DNA of 64,000 nucleotides, taken from assembly GCA_965221125.1 (NCBI GenBank), contig CBDCRW010000005.1, forward strand, positions 64,001-128,000, read 5' to 3'. The stretch comes from Alphaproteobacteria bacterium. GTDB taxonomy: Bacteria > Pseudomonadota > Alphaproteobacteria > UBA828. Below the pieces are notes generated by a model. It was not told the DNA's origin, made no database searches, and worked only from the letters and a program-made list of their open reading frames with translations. A program made the position numbers and the translations under genes. Positions 48,197 to 59,230 of this stretch are shown here, one piece after another (positions within the stretch are counted from its first letter, which is position 1; each line of letters opens with the position of its first letter).

Positions 48197-48321
48197 GGGA
48201 ATTCTCCGCTGTTGCGTCGATGCCAGCTTACCCGCCGGCCCGCCCGCGTGCGCTGCCGGGTCGGCGGGTCGGTTCGGGAGGACAAGATCCGGGGGGCGAG
48301 CCCGCCGGGATAGCGGCGAGC

Positions 48322-49029
48322 CTATCGGTCCCTTGCGGAGATTCTCACCAGGCAGCTGTGGGCAGTGGTGACGACCTCCACCTGCGGACCGCAGGACTGC
48401 AACAGGGACTTCAGTTTCTTCTTGCCGAACTTCGACGGCTCGAAGCCGGGCTCGACCTCGCGCAGGCTCACGCCCACCAAGCCGATATCGACCCACCCGT
48501 CGTTCTTGTCGAGCGAGGCCATGGCAGCGACCAGCAGCGAGACGAAGTCGTCGCGACGCTCGATCTCCGTGCATGAGACTGCAGCGGGCATTTCGGCGCC
48601 GGACGCCCCTTCGAGGAACGCGAACTCATCGCATGCCTCGACGAACGCCCTCGGCGTCTTGCGCTCGCCCATGCCGACGACATGGCGACCGCTCTGGCGC
48701 AGGCGGATCGCGAGCGGCGCGAAGTCGCTGTCGCTCGAGACCAGGCAGAAGCCCTCGATCCTGGTGTCGTGCAAGAGGTCCATCGCTGCGATGGTCAGCT
48801 CGATGTCGGCTGCATTTCGACCGCCGGCCTGCGGTGTGCGATCAGCCGTGTGAAAGGCGTAGCGCACAAGGGCCTTGTCCCACCCGGCAGATACCACCGT
48901 GCCGAATGCGCGGCGAATCTCGACCCTGCCGTGCTTCGCAGCCTCCGAAAGGATGAGCGGCGCCAGCGCCGGGGAGACGTTCTCGGCATCCACCAGGACG
49001 GCGAGCTGTCGTCGGGCCATGTCGGTCAT
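48322..49029 (-). CDS. NYN (PIN-like) domain protein with OST-HTH/LOTUS domain
   Basis: LAVLVDAENV, RRAFG, NAADIEL.I.AMDLL, LVSSDSDFAPL; C-terminal GWV....VG..L....PGF....FG.KKL..LL. Confidence 0.9.
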   Translation of the reverse strand: MTDMARRQLAVLVDAENVSPALAPLILSEAAKHGRVEIRRAFGTVVSAGWDKALVRYAFHTADRTPQAGGRNAADIELTIAAMDLLHDTRIEGFCLVSSDSDFAPLAIRLRQSGRHVVGMGERKTPRAFVEACDEFAFLEGASGAEMPAAVSCTEIERRDDFVSLLVAAMASLDKNDGWVDIGLVGVSLREVEPGFEPSKFGKKKLKSLLQSCGPQVEVVTTAHSCLVRISARDR

Positions 49030-49084
49030 CGTGGAGAACGTGTGTTGCTCGCCATGACGCCCAACTTCTCCCTCGCTGCGCCGG

Positions 49085-49360
49085 TCACCGGTAGAACTCG
49101 ACGTAGAACCGTACCCTTCCCATCGGCTCGACTTCGTGCTCGACCTCCGGCTCGACGACGCCGGGGTGGTCGGGGTTCAGGATCAACTCCTCCGCCGGCG
49201 ACCGGAGGATACGATAGAGAAGCCTTCCGTCGAGTACCACGATCAGGCCCCAGGTCCCTGCCCTTGTGCGATGCGATCTCCTGAGACCCGGCGACACCGT
49301 CTCCTCGGTGAACTCCGGGGTACGCCGGTAAAGGCGGACAATGGCAGGGAGGGATTTCAT
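49085..49360 (-). CDS. DUF1971 / TehB-N-terminal-like cupin protein
   Basis: YRRTPEFTEETV..GL...H.T.AGTWG.I.VL.G.L.Y...VEP...H.VE.....F.VEFY. Confidence 0.85.
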   Translation of the reverse strand: MKSLPAIVRLYRRTPEFTEETVSPGLRRSHRTRAGTWGLIVVLDGRLLYRILRSPAEELILNPDHPGVVEPEVEHEVEPMGRVRFYVEFYR

Positions 49361-49587
49361 CGGCCAAACCACCGATCACGGAGACGGCAAGGCCCACCGA
49401 CCCCCGGCTGCATCGGGATCGCCCGCAGCAACGTCGTCGGGGCGCCGTCGGCCCAACGCGTTCCCGGCTCCCACTTCCGGCAGCCGGTCAGGCTCCTGCT
49501 CATCAGGGGCGCAATCTGGGCCCGTGTGAGCTGCAGCTTCTCGCGCACCTCGCGCGAGGTGGCGGCCGCAATGAACGGCGGCGGCAC
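49357..49587 (-). pseudogene. Degenerate XRE-HTH (antitoxin-like) remnant
   Basis: REVREKLQLTRAQIA.LM..S....RKWE.G.R...GA...LL; no cognate toxin gene seen. Confidence 0.55.
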
Positions 49588-49902
49588 CTTCGCCCCCAGC
49601 GTTAGGGCAGCGCCTCGTCAAGGGACTGAATCGTGTCTTCCCAGGACATGCTCATGATCTTTGCGGCGCCCATGATCGACGCGACGATGGCTGCCATTCC
49701 GCGGCGCGGCAAGGGGCTCAAGTCGGTCCTGGCGGATTTGGCACAGGCGCGCGGCGCATAGAACGGCACCCTGTGCGTTCGCACGATGATAGGGAAAATC
49801 AATGGCGCCGACACCAGGTATTGGTGGCGACGATTGCGGGCCACGAGCGAGCAAACGTAGAATTTCGACAGGCTCGATTCTCTGCAGGAAGTTGTGCGCA
49901 CC

Positions 49903-52425
49903 ATGAAATACATGCTTCTGGTGGCCGGCCTGGCGCTTCTCTTGGCGGGCTGCATTCATGATGGAGACGGGATCTCCACATCCGGAGACACAACCGTCCA
50001 GCCGGAGCCCCCGAAGTCGGAAGAGGAGCGGCGGCGGGCCTATGCCGCGCACCCCGAGTTCCGCAACCAGTACGGTCTGGAACAGATCAAGGCGCACCAT
50101 GCGTACGCCCGCGGCGCGACCGGCAAGGGGGTGACGCTCGGCATCGTTGACAGCGGTGTCGACCCAAGCCACCCGAAGTTCGAGGGTAAGCTCGAGTCGA
50201 GCAACGTCGAGGGCTACGAGCCCGACTTCGACACCTGCGACAACCCAGCCGCCGACGGCGACTGTCACAGCCTGGTCGGGCATGGAACGTTCGTCGCGGG
50301 CATTATGGCAGCGAACAGGCGGGCGAGCCCGGACGCGGGCACCGGTAGCGCGTCGGCCATCCACGGGGTCGCTTTCGACGCTGATGTGATCTCGGTGGGA
50401 TTCCGCGATTTGGGCGAAACCCTCGAGGACATCCTCGGCGATTACCCCACGCCCGAGCAGATCCGCGACCTTCCCGATCTGCTGCGCGACCTCGAGTCCA
50501 GCCTGGAAGAGCAGTTTGCGTCAGCCTTTGAGCGTCTGAACGGGCGGGTAACTGCGGTCAACGCGAGCTTCGGGCTGCCCGGAAACATCGAGGACTTCGG
50601 CGCCGATGCGCTGCGTAAGCGCTTCCCCAACGTGATCGATGCCATCGCGCAGGTCGATACCCCGGCCGGCGCACGCACGATCTATGTTTGGGCAGCTGGC
50701 AACGCCCGGGGCGAGATCGATCTGGACGGCTCCGTCGAGTCCGGCAGTTCGGTCGAGATCGTGGCCGGGCTTCCAGTCAGAATCCTGGAGCTGCGGGGTC
50801 ATTCCCTGGCTGTGGTGGCGACGGACCAGCAGGGCGAAATCGCGGATTTCTCCAATCTTTGCGGCATCGCGAAGGAGTTCTGCCTGGCGGCACCGGGCGT
50901 AAACATCACCGGTCCGGTGCCGAGCCTCTACTGCCCCACCGGTACGGCGGAATGCTACCGCACGTTCGAAGAGGCCGGCACGTCGTCGGCCACGCCGTTC
51001 GTGACGGGCGGGATCGGTCTGCTCGCGCAGCACTACCGCAACCAGCTCGGCAATGACGAGATCGTTGAGCGCATGCTCGCGACCGCCGATCGGACGGGTG
51101 AGTATGCCGACTCGGACGTGTATGGCCGGGGCTTCCTCGACCTCGACGCCGCGACGCGTCCGGTGGGCGAGACGCGGATGCTGACCGGCCGCTTGCTGTC
51201 CAGTCCCTCGGCGCCGAGTGCCGCCAGCGTATTCCACCTAGGCGGCGCATACGGTGATTCGCTCGCGCGGGGGTTCGCGTCGCGGGAGGTCGCAAGCTTC
51301 GACGACCTGGACGCGCCGTTCTTCCGCCCGCTTGGCGACTACCTCGGGCCCAGCCGTTCTTCCATGTTCGGGCTCGAAGAGCGTCTTGGAACACTGGGAC
51401 GCGATCCACGCGGCCCAAGGTGGCGCATGAATGACGCCGAGTTCCGACTGCGCCTCAATGCTGTGGCGACGTCTCATGACTTCGGTGGCGTGCAAGGTTC
51501 GGACTTCCGCAATGAGGCGGACGCGTCCGCCTCGCTCGGCTCGTTGTCGCTCGCTCAGGAGCTCGGAGGCGGTCGGCTGCTGTTCGGATACCGCGCCCAC
51601 CCGGGCTGGCAGTTCGGGCTCCATGCCGGCAACGGCAAGGCGAGTGAAGGATCCGGATCGATCGATCTTGGCGTGTTTGCCGATGAGGGCGCATTCGTCA
51701 ATCCGTTCCTTGGGTTTGCCCGCGACGGCGCCAGCATCGGCTATGGGGCGTCCCTCGGCGCGGCTTGGTTCCGTATCGGGGCTTTCCATGGCAAGGCACA
51801 GCATGGGGAACTGCGCGACCCGGATGCGGGCCAGGCCACGGGTGCGTTGACCGAGTACCGCTTCGGCCGGTCCGGCCTCGCCGTGCAAGCGGGGTGGCTC
51901 TCGGAAGCCGAGGCGGCGGTGGGCGGGCGGCCGAGCGGGGCGTTCGGCGAGATCGCTGCGGACTCCGTCATCGCGGGGCTCTCGGCGCGTCGCTCACTCG
52001 GCGCCGGCTGGACTCTGCTCACCAGCGCCCATGCGGGCATGAGCCGCGCCGGGATGCAAGGACATGGCATGGTACGCGACCCATCGGCGCTATGGACCGC
52101 TTCGTTCGCTCTGGGTCTCGTCGGCGAAAGTATGGATCGTGCCGGAGGACGGTGGGGATTCCGATTGTCTCAGCCGCTACGCATCGAGGCGGGTCATGCG
52201 CAGTTGCGGTGGGTGTCAGGCCGCACCCCCGACGGACGGGTCATGGTCGAGCAGGCCACCCTGGACCTGGAGCCCTCGGGCCGTCAGTTGGATCTGGAGC
52301 TGATCTACTCCCGTCCGTGGGCAGGCGGACGGGCGCATCTGGCCGGTATCGTCACGCGCGACGCAGGACACGTCCAGGACGAGCACGAAGCCGCACTGCT
52401 GATGCGCTACAGCCGCTCGTTCTGA
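49903..52425 (+). CDS. S8 subtilisin-like serine peptidase, lipoprotein, probable C-terminal beta-barrel
   Basis: Lipobox LLAGC; triad IVDSG, HGTFVAG, GTSSATP; AAGN; ends YSRSF. Confidence 0.9.
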   Translation: MKYMLLVAGLALLLAGCIHDGDGISTSGDTTVQPEPPKSEEERRRAYAAHPEFRNQYGLEQIKAHHAYARGATGKGVTLGIVDSGVDPSHPKFEGKLESSNVEGYEPDFDTCDNPAADGDCHSLVGHGTFVAGIMAANRRASPDAGTGSASAIHGVAFDADVISVGFRDLGETLEDILGDYPTPEQIRDLPDLLRDLESSLEEQFASAFERLNGRVTAVNASFGLPGNIEDFGADALRKRFPNVIDAIAQVDTPAGARTIYVWAAGNARGEIDLDGSVESGSSVEIVAGLPVRILELRGHSLAVVATDQQGEIADFSNLCGIAKEFCLAAPGVNITGPVPSLYCPTGTAECYRTFEEAGTSSATPFVTGGIGLLAQHYRNQLGNDEIVERMLATADRTGEYADSDVYGRGFLDLDAATRPVGETRMLTGRLLSSPSAPSAASVFHLGGAYGDSLARGFASREVASFDDLDAPFFRPLGDYLGPSRSSMFGLEERLGTLGRDPRGPRWRMNDAEFRLRLNAVATSHDFGGVQGSDFRNEADASASLGSLSLAQELGGGRLLFGYRAHPGWQFGLHAGNGKASEGSGSIDLGVFADEGAFVNPFLGFARDGASIGYGASLGAAWFRIGAFHGKAQHGELRDPDAGQATGALTEYRFGRSGLAVQAGWLSEAEAAVGGRPSGAFGEIAADSVIAGLSARRSLGAGWTLLTSAHAGMSRAGMQGHGMVRDPSALWTASFALGLVGESMDRAGGRWGFRLSQPLRIEAGHAQLRWVSGRTPDGRVMVEQATLDLEPSGRQLDLELIYSRPWAGGRAHLAGIVTRDAGHVQDEHEAALLMRYSRSF

Positions 52426-53112
52426 ATCGGCGAGGTATTCAGCCATCGCGAGGTCCCTGGCCGAAGCGAAGCTCCGGGCAGATAGCGTTTCCGATAAAGG
52501 GATGGTTGCAGGGCAGACGAGCGCTCCTGTGGCGATGTGCACCGTCGCATTTGCAGCCCGAGGCTTCTGAAGGGTTGCAGCGGCATGGGCATGCTACGCG
52601 GCGAGGACAGCCCGGACCGGCAAGACCTTCGCCGATTGCGCTGGCGCCCCGCCTGCTGAGCGAACGCCAACGCCAGCCACTCTGGCGACGGTCACTGTGC
52701 CTCCTGAAGGGTGTCGCCCCGCCGCTCTCCGATCAAGCCCGAAATAGCACGCACCGAACGGCACGGCCGGGACGGCCTCCGGGGGCGGCTTGAACTGCCG
52801 TTCGGGGTGCTGGCATCGCGAAGGCGGAGGGTCTCGCGAACGGCAACGATCCCGCCTACCCGGCCACCGCTGGCGCGGCGGCTGTAGGTGCGTTGCGACG
52901 CCTGCGCGCAGGGCTAAGCGGAAACATGATCGACTCGTATTGCATTTGCAATCACGCGGGAAATTCGGGCTCAACGCGAACTGAACCCGGCGAATCGTAG
53001 TTCTTCTTTGTCGTTCAATGGGTTTCCGCGCTTTGACTATTACGCGCTTGTCGCGCAGCAGGATGGCGTCGGTGACCGAGCACGTCGCTCAGATTGCAGG
53101 GGCTGTCCGTAC

Positions 53113-54267
53113 TCATCCCGTGACCTCGGCGATCCTGCTCGCGATGCGATTGGCGGCCGCTTTTACGGGGTCGTTGGCCAAGTGCGCGTAGCGCGAGGTC
53201 GTCGTCACCCTGTTGTGGCCAAGGAGCTTGCCGATCATCGGAAGCCCTTCACCGACCAGCAGACCGCCGCTGGCAAAGCTGTGCCTGAGGTCATGGATTC
53301 GCAGATTTTCGATCCCGGCCCGGTCGAGAATGCGGCGCCACGAGTCGTGCAGGTAGGCGATGTGCTTGCCACCCCTGATGCCCGGCAACACCCACGGACT
53401 GCCGTTTGCGCGCGGGATGCCCCGCAGTACCGCGATCGCCGGATCGCCCAGGTGCACCACCTTCGAACCGGTCTTGCTCTCCGCCAACCTGAGCTCGCCT
53501 GCATCGAGATCGACATGCTCCCACCGCAGGCTCATGATCTCCCCGCTCCGGCACCCGGTCAGCATCAGCAAGCGTATCGCGGCGATCGCCACCGGGGAGA
53601 CGAAGCCCTCATCCTCCGCGTCACGCAGCGCCGCGCCGAGACGGCGGTACTCGTCGTCCGAGAGAAACCGCTCCCGCTTGTGCTCCGGATACTTCTTGAC
53701 GTGCCGGCACGGATTGACGCCCTCGGGCCGCATCTCCCAGACCTCGGCGAGCGTCAGCATGCGCGAGAGCACGCTCAGCGTCCGGTTGGCATGGCCGGGG
53801 ACGTCGCGCATCTCGTGGTGAAGAGCGGCGACGTCGTTCTTGCCGAGATTGCCGACCCGGCGCTTGCCGAGCCGGGGAAGGATGCGGTTGTCGATGATCT
53901 TGCGGTAGAGCCGCGCGGTGCCGGGCTTCAGATGACCAGGGGCGTACTCGTCCATGAAGCGCTTGGCGAGGTCTGCCACGGTGGCGCCTCTCTTCCCACG
54001 GGGAATCTTCCCTTCGAGATCGCGGCCGGTCTTCGCAAGAGTGACAATCTCTGCTGCCTTTGCCCGCGCGGCGGCGGGCGTGATGGGGCCGTGGGGTCCG
54101 ATGGTGACTTTGACGGATCGTCCCTCGTGTCGGTACTTGACGATGTAGACCTTGCGCCCCGTCGGATGGACGCGGACCCCGAAGCCTGTGATGGCGTCGT
54201 CCCAGAGAATTCTCTCCCGCTCTTCGGGGACGAGGGCATCGACGGTTCTCTTGGTGATTTTCGGCAA
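53113..54267 (-). CDS. Tyrosine integrase with N-terminal arm-binding domain
   Basis: PKITKRTVDAL..WDD...GFGVRV..TGRK.Y; LTGCRSGE, HDLRHSFAS, LLGH....TTSRYAH. Native start is probably TTG 54267. Confidence 0.95.
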   Translation of the reverse strand: MPKITKRTVDALVPEERERILWDDAITGFGVRVHPTGRKVYIVKYRHEGRSVKVTIGPHGPITPAAARAKAAEIVTLAKTGRDLEGKIPRGKRGATVADLAKRFMDEYAPGHLKPGTARLYRKIIDNRILPRLGKRRVGNLGKNDVAALHHEMRDVPGHANRTLSVLSRMLTLAEVWEMRPEGVNPCRHVKKYPEHKRERFLSDDEYRRLGAALRDAEDEGFVSPVAIAAIRLLMLTGCRSGEIMSLRWEHVDLDAGELRLAESKTGSKVVHLGDPAIAVLRGIPRANGSPWVLPGIRGGKHIAYLHDSWRRILDRAGIENLRIHDLRHSFASGGLLVGEGLPMIGKLLGHNRVTTTSRYAHLANDPVKAAANRIASRIAEVTG

Positions 54268-54389
54268 GGTTCGTAATCCTTCGGTCATAGAGTGATGGCA
54301 TGTTGGGCGTTGACATCAACGACCGCGCCTGGAGACGCGCTCGGTAGGAATTGCTGGTAACGAATTTCGCCATGCGCTAGCGTGAGTGC

Positions 54390-55014
54390 ATGGCGATTCG
54401 CGACGCGTCTGCCGCGGCACACCTCTCGCTGGTCGAGGGGTCTGACGGTCCATGGTCTTTTCCTCCTGATAATCCGTCCTCCGAAGAGCCGGACTGGCGA
54501 TCCCTGTCCGAGCGGGCGCACGCCCGTGCGGAGAGCGAGGGGGCGCGGGCAGACGCGGCTGAAGCGCGCATCCAGGAACTGCTCGGCGATATCCGTCGGC
54601 TCCGCGCTTCTTTGCGCAAAACGGGAGCAGCCGGAAGTACGGGGGAGCCGCTGCCGAGGGGTGCCCGTGGAGCGCACAAAGCGCCGCGAAGATTGCGACG
54701 GAACGACACCATCGGCTCGCTGCATGTGGAGAACGCCGAACTGCGCGAGGAGGCCACAACGCTGCGCAAGGCGGCGGGTGCGGCACAGACGTCGCTCTCC
54801 AGGAAAGACGCCCGGCTGCTCAAGGCCCGGGAACGTTCGCAGGCCCAAAGGAGCACGATCGAGGAGCTGCGCCGGCAGGTCCGTTCCCTGGAAAGGCAGG
54901 TCGCCCGGCAGAGCCGCGACCTGGAGGAGGCGGAAAGCCGCAGGCAGACTATCCGTGATCTCTCCCGCGAGAACGCGGAACTCCGTGGAGCACTCAGGGA
55001 TTGGCGCGACCAGG
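54390..55014 (+). pseudogene. IS66 transposase, N-terminal coiled-coil part (interrupted)
   Basis: Removing 55015-59635 and one TSD joins ...RDWRDQ-EATIEWFDGRVSELE... in frame to MEADLADR at 59721. Confidence 0.88.
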
Positions 55015-55383
55015 TGTTGTTTTCCGGTCTAGCCGGATAGAAGCACGGGTTTTTTTCTCACTTTGATTGGTTGGTGGATTTCCCGGGATGGTGGCCGAGT
55101 GCGGGAAGGACGCTGCCTGCGGCATTTTTTTGATCCTCAGCAGAATCCTCATTGCTGTTGAAGCTGTGGAGCGGTGGGCGCGAGATCGGCGAGTGTGGTC
55201 AGGCGGTGGGCAAGCGCCAGCTTGTCCACGGGCTGTCCACACGGTCCGCAGGACGCCGATCGGTCCGCAGGACGCGTCCACGGCTCCACAGCTTGGCGGC
55301 GGCGGGGAGCGTCCGTAATCTTGGCCTCTCACTGAACGACAAAGAGAGGCCCGGGGGACGGAACTCCCGCCGGGCCAGGGCCG

Positions 55384-56019
55384 GTGCAGCTTCGCTACGA
55401 AACGGGGCTCACCAGCGAGGAATACGTTAAGACCGAGGCGTGGCGCGACGCAAGGCTTGAGCGCTGCCCGAATCACCCGCACGGCGGATGTTCTGTGGCA
55501 AGCCACGGCACCTACGAGCGGAAGACCCCGCCCGGCGCAAGGGTTCCTCGCTGGTATTGCCGTGAGAGCCATACGACCATCGGCCTGCTGGCCGACTGTC
55601 TGGCGGCGCGGCTGCCGGGCACGCTCGATGCGCTGGAAGCGGTTGTTGTCGTGGCGGAGGAGGCCGGCAGCCTGGAGGAGGCAGCGGACGAGGTGCGCTG
55701 CCCCGAGGACGAGGACGCCATCGAGCTTCCCGGCGCCGTGCGTTGGATCCGCCGCAGGCTGAAGCTTGTGCACGACGCGCTTGTGCGCGTCATCGGCCTG
55801 ATCCCCGACCTGCTCGCGGGCTGCGCGCCCACCATGAGCGCGGTGCGCGAGCGTCTGAAGAGCGACAGCGCGTTGATGGAACTGCGCGGCCTGGTCGCCG
55901 GGCAGCTCCGGACGCTACCCGCGCCTCTGGGCTTCCAACCCCACGGCATCGACGTGGGGAATCGCAAACCGCAGTTCCAACAACGGGCGGGGCCGGACCC
56001 GCCGCCGGAGAGTTCGTAG
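55384..56019 (+). CDS. Transposon ORF1, zinc-ribbon-like (copy 2)
   Basis: Same translation as 8714-9349. Confidence 0.7.
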   Translation: MQLRYETGLTSEEYVKTEAWRDARLERCPNHPHGGCSVASHGTYERKTPPGARVPRWYCRESHTTIGLLADCLAARLPGTLDALEAVVVVAEEAGSLEEAADEVRCPEDEDAIELPGAVRWIRRRLKLVHDALVRVIGLIPDLLAGCAPTMSAVRERLKSDSALMELRGLVAGQLRTLPAPLGFQPHGIDVGNRKPQFQQRAGPDPPPESS

Positions 56020-56064
56020 CGTGACGATCCCGGGGCCAGGGAGTCCCTGAACGAGGATCGCACC

Positions 56065-57393
56065 ATGAACAGCTCAGACGACGACCTTCGCCAACAGATC
56101 GCGCTCTTCCGATACGACGTCATCGCCGATCTGGTGCATCTGCCCGTGGGTGCACCGGGTGCCGGCGCGATGATGCGCGCCAAAGCCGAGAAGACCTACA
56201 CGATCCCCGGAACCACCAGGACCCGGGTCGCCGCCGAGACCATGCGGCGCTGGATCAAGGACTACCGCTACGGCGGCTTCGACGCGCTCTACCCCAAGCC
56301 CCGCACCGACCGGGGGAAGCCCCGGCGGCTGCCGCCCGAGGTCGCCGAGCGCCTCATCGCGCTGAAGACCGAGAACGACGCATTGTCGGTTCGCGCCATC
56401 ATCCAGAAGGTCAAGGAGGAGGGTATCGACCACCCGCTCGCCTCGTCCACCGTGCACCGCCTCTTCAGCCGCGAGGGCCTGTTCGACAAGAAGCCGCCCG
56501 ACGGGGCGGATCGCCGCCGCTTCGCCTTCCGGCATGCCGGCGAGATGTGGATGAGCGACGTCATGCACGGACCCAAGGTCCGGCACGGCCGAACCCGGCG
56601 CAAGACCTACCTGATCGCCTTCATCGACGACGCCACCCGCGTCATCCCGTTCGCCGCCTTCGCCATGGCGGAGAACACTGCGGCGTTCCTGCCGGTGTTC
56701 AAGGACGCGCTGATCCGGCGCGGCCTCCCGGCCCGCTTGTACGTCGACAACGGAAGCGCCTACCGCTCCCGTCATCTCTCCCTGGTCTGCGCCAGGCTCG
56801 GCGTTGCGTTGATTCACGCAAGGGCGTTCCAGCCAGCGGGAAAGGGTAAGATCGAGCGCTTCTTCCGCACCCTCCGGGCCGGCTGGCTCCGCCACCTCGG
56901 CGATGACGTCGACAGCCTGGAGGCGCTCAACCGCAGCCTCTGGGCCTGGATCGAGGGGGAGTATCACAACAGCCCGCATCGTGGCCTCGACGAGGGGCGC
57001 ACCCCGCTTGAGCAGTGGGCGCTGGCCTCGGCCGGCGTGCGCTATCCCGACGCCACCATGGACCTCGACGATCTGTTCCTCTTCGAGGCCAGGCGCCGTG
57101 TCTACAAGGACCGCACCGTTAGTCTGAACGGCCGCGTCTACGAGGTCGACGCCCTCCTGGTGGGTCAGAACGTCATCCTGCGCTACGACCCGGCCGCGCC
57201 GCCCTCGCGCCCTCTCGACGTGGTCCATGACGGCAAGCCGGCCGGCAAGGCCAGCCCTCTCGACGCCTACGCCAATACCGCCGTCAGGCGCACCTACCCG
57301 GCCAGGGAGATCGAGGCCGAAGATCCGGCGCCCGAGCCTCCGCCCTCGCCGCTGGCCATGCGCAACCTCAAGGACAAGAAGGAGGACGAGTGA
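56065..57393 (+). CDS. DDE transposase (copy 2)
   Basis: Same translation as 9395-10723. Confidence 0.95.
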   Translation: MNSSDDDLRQQIALFRYDVIADLVHLPVGAPGAGAMMRAKAEKTYTIPGTTRTRVAAETMRRWIKDYRYGGFDALYPKPRTDRGKPRRLPPEVAERLIALKTENDALSVRAIIQKVKEEGIDHPLASSTVHRLFSREGLFDKKPPDGADRRRFAFRHAGEMWMSDVMHGPKVRHGRTRRKTYLIAFIDDATRVIPFAAFAMAENTAAFLPVFKDALIRRGLPARLYVDNGSAYRSRHLSLVCARLGVALIHARAFQPAGKGKIERFFRTLRAGWLRHLGDDVDSLEALNRSLWAWIEGEYHNSPHRGLDEGRTPLEQWALASAGVRYPDATMDLDDLFLFEARRRVYKDRTVSLNGRVYEVDALLVGQNVILRYDPAAPPSRPLDVVHDGKPAGKASPLDAYANTAVRRTYPAREIEAEDPAPEPPPSPLAMRNLKDKKEDE

Positions 57394-58193
57394 TGTACCT
57401 GCGCCACTTCGCCTTCACCCGCCTGCCCTTCGAGACCCCGGCAGAGACCGACGAGCTGTTCGAGTCCAACGCGCGCCGCGAGGCCGAGGCCAGGCTCGGC
57501 CACCTCATCGACCTGCGCGGCATCGGCCTGCTCACCGGCGAGGTGGGCTCCGGCAAGACCACCGTGTGCCGGCATCTGACCGCGCAGCTTCATCCAGGCC
57601 TCTACCGGGTCCACTACGTCTCGCTGACCACGGGCAACGTGCTCGACATGTACAAGGCGATCGCGTGGGAGATCGGCCTGCCCATCGAGCGCTCCCGCGC
57701 CTCGGCCTATCAGGCCATCCGAAACGAGATCTCCCGCCTCGTCACCGAGGCCAAGCAGCTGCCGGTCCTCGTCATCGACGAGGCCCATCATCTGCGCAAC
57801 GACGTCCTTGAGGACCTGCGCCTGCTCACCAACTTCGCCATGGATGCAGAGCAGCGCCTGTGCCTCGTCCTCGTCGGTCTGACCGAGCTCAGGCGCCGCC
57901 TGGCCATGGCCATGCACGAATCCCTCAGCCAGCGCCTCGTCGTCCGCCACCACCTGAGCGGTCTCGACCGCGACGAGGTCGACGCTTACATCAAGCACCG
58001 CCTCAGGCTCGCGGGATGCGAACTGCCGCTGTTCGAAGAGCCCGCCGTCGAGGCCCTGTTCCAGGGCGCGCGCGGCCTGCCGCGCCAGATCAACCGCATC
58101 GCCCACTACGCGCTCTCCGCCGCCGCTCTCGACGAGGCGAGGACCGTCAGTGCCGACCACCTGCAGCACGCGCTCGAGGAACTGCGGCCATGA
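57390..58193 (+). CDS. ExeA-like AAA+ ATPase (copy 2)
   Basis: Same translation as 10720-11523. Confidence 0.92.
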   Translation: MMYLRHFAFTRLPFETPAETDELFESNARREAEARLGHLIDLRGIGLLTGEVGSGKTTVCRHLTAQLHPGLYRVHYVSLTTGNVLDMYKAIAWEIGLPIERSRASAYQAIRNEISRLVTEAKQLPVLVIDEAHHLRNDVLEDLRLLTNFAMDAEQRLCLVLVGLTELRRRLAMAMHESLSQRLVVRHHLSGLDRDEVDAYIKHRLRLAGCELPLFEEPAVEALFQGARGLPRQINRIAHYALSAAALDEARTVSADHLQHALEELRP

Positions 58194-59230
58194 CCGGCTT
58201 CCCGACCCGCGCCCCGATCGAGCTGGAGGAGCGGCCGCGCGAGCAGCAATGGCTGGTGGACACGCTATGGGGCGAGCAGGCCGTCGGCATCGTCGGCGGC
58301 GAGCCGAAGTGCGGCAAGTCCATCCTGGCGCTGGACCTCGCGGTCGCAGTCGCCGCCGGCGTCCCATGCCTGCGGCACTTCGCCCCGGCCCGGCCTGGCC
58401 CGGTCCTGCTGTTCGCCGCAGAAGACGCCGGCCACCTCGTGCGCAAGCGCCTGCAGGGGATCGCCCGCGCCGCAGGCGCCCGCTTCGAGACCCTCGACAT
58501 CGCCGTCATCGACGTGCCCACACTGCGCCTCGACCATCTCGACGACCGCCGCCGCCTGCAGCAGACCGTGGAGCGCATCGCACCGCGCCTCGTGGTCCTC
58601 GACCCCCTGGTCCGCCTGCACGGCGTGGACGAGAACACGGTTGCGGACGTCGCCCCGATCCTCGGCTTCCTGCGCGACCTGCAACGCCGCTTCGAGACCG
58701 CCGTCCTCCTCGTCCACCACGCCCGCAAGAGCGGGGCCACGAGGCCGGGGCAGGCCCTGCGGGGCAGCAGTGAGCTGCACGCCTGGGGGGACTCGAACCT
58801 CTACCTGCGCCGCCGGGACCGGCAGACCCTCATGACCGTCGAGCATCGCGCCGCACGCGGTCTCGACGACATCGAGATCGAGCTCAAGGAAGACGGAGAG
58901 GAGCCCTCCTTCCGGCTGCGCCAGCCGCCCACGGCCGGCGGCGGGGCGCCTCAGCCCGAAACACCCGAATGCCGCGTTCTCAAGGCGCTCGCCGACGCCG
59001 GGGCGCCGCTCTCGCAACGCCAGATCCGGGAACGCGCCGCGACCCGGCACAAGACCGTCGGCGTAATCTTGCAAAAGCTCGTCCAGGAGGGTCGCGTCGC
59101 GCGCAACGCCGAGGGCGGCTACAGCGTCGTCGCAGGCGCAGCGGACAAGCGGGCGGCGGCCGCCGCCGCCAACGGCAGCAGTCGGCCGCAGGCCCCGCGG
59201 TTCCCGGAGCCCGGTTCCGCCAACGCCTAG
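58190..59230 (+). CDS. RepA-like AAA_25 helicase with HTH (copy 2)
   Basis: Same translation as 11520-12560. Confidence 0.88.
   Translation: MTGFPTRAPIELEERPREQQWLVDTLWGEQAVGIVGGEPKCGKSILALDLAVAVAAGVPCLRHFAPARPGPVLLFAAEDAGHLVRKRLQGIARAAGARFETLDIAVIDVPTLRLDHLDDRRRLQQTVERIAPRLVVLDPLVRLHGVDENTVADVAPILGFLRDLQRRFETAVLLVHHARKSGATRPGQALRGSSELHAWGDSNLYLRRRDRQTLMTVEHRAARGLDDIEIELKEDGEEPSFRLRQPPTAGGGAPQPETPECRVLKALADAGAPLSQRQIRERAATRHKTVGVILQKLVQEGRVARNAEGGYSVVAGAADKRAAAAAANGSSRPQAPRFPEPGSANA

Noticed and set aside
52426-53112. tRNA or other RNA gene near the integrase
   Set aside because: No cloverleaf, T-loop motif or CCA end recognised here or at 62230-62870.
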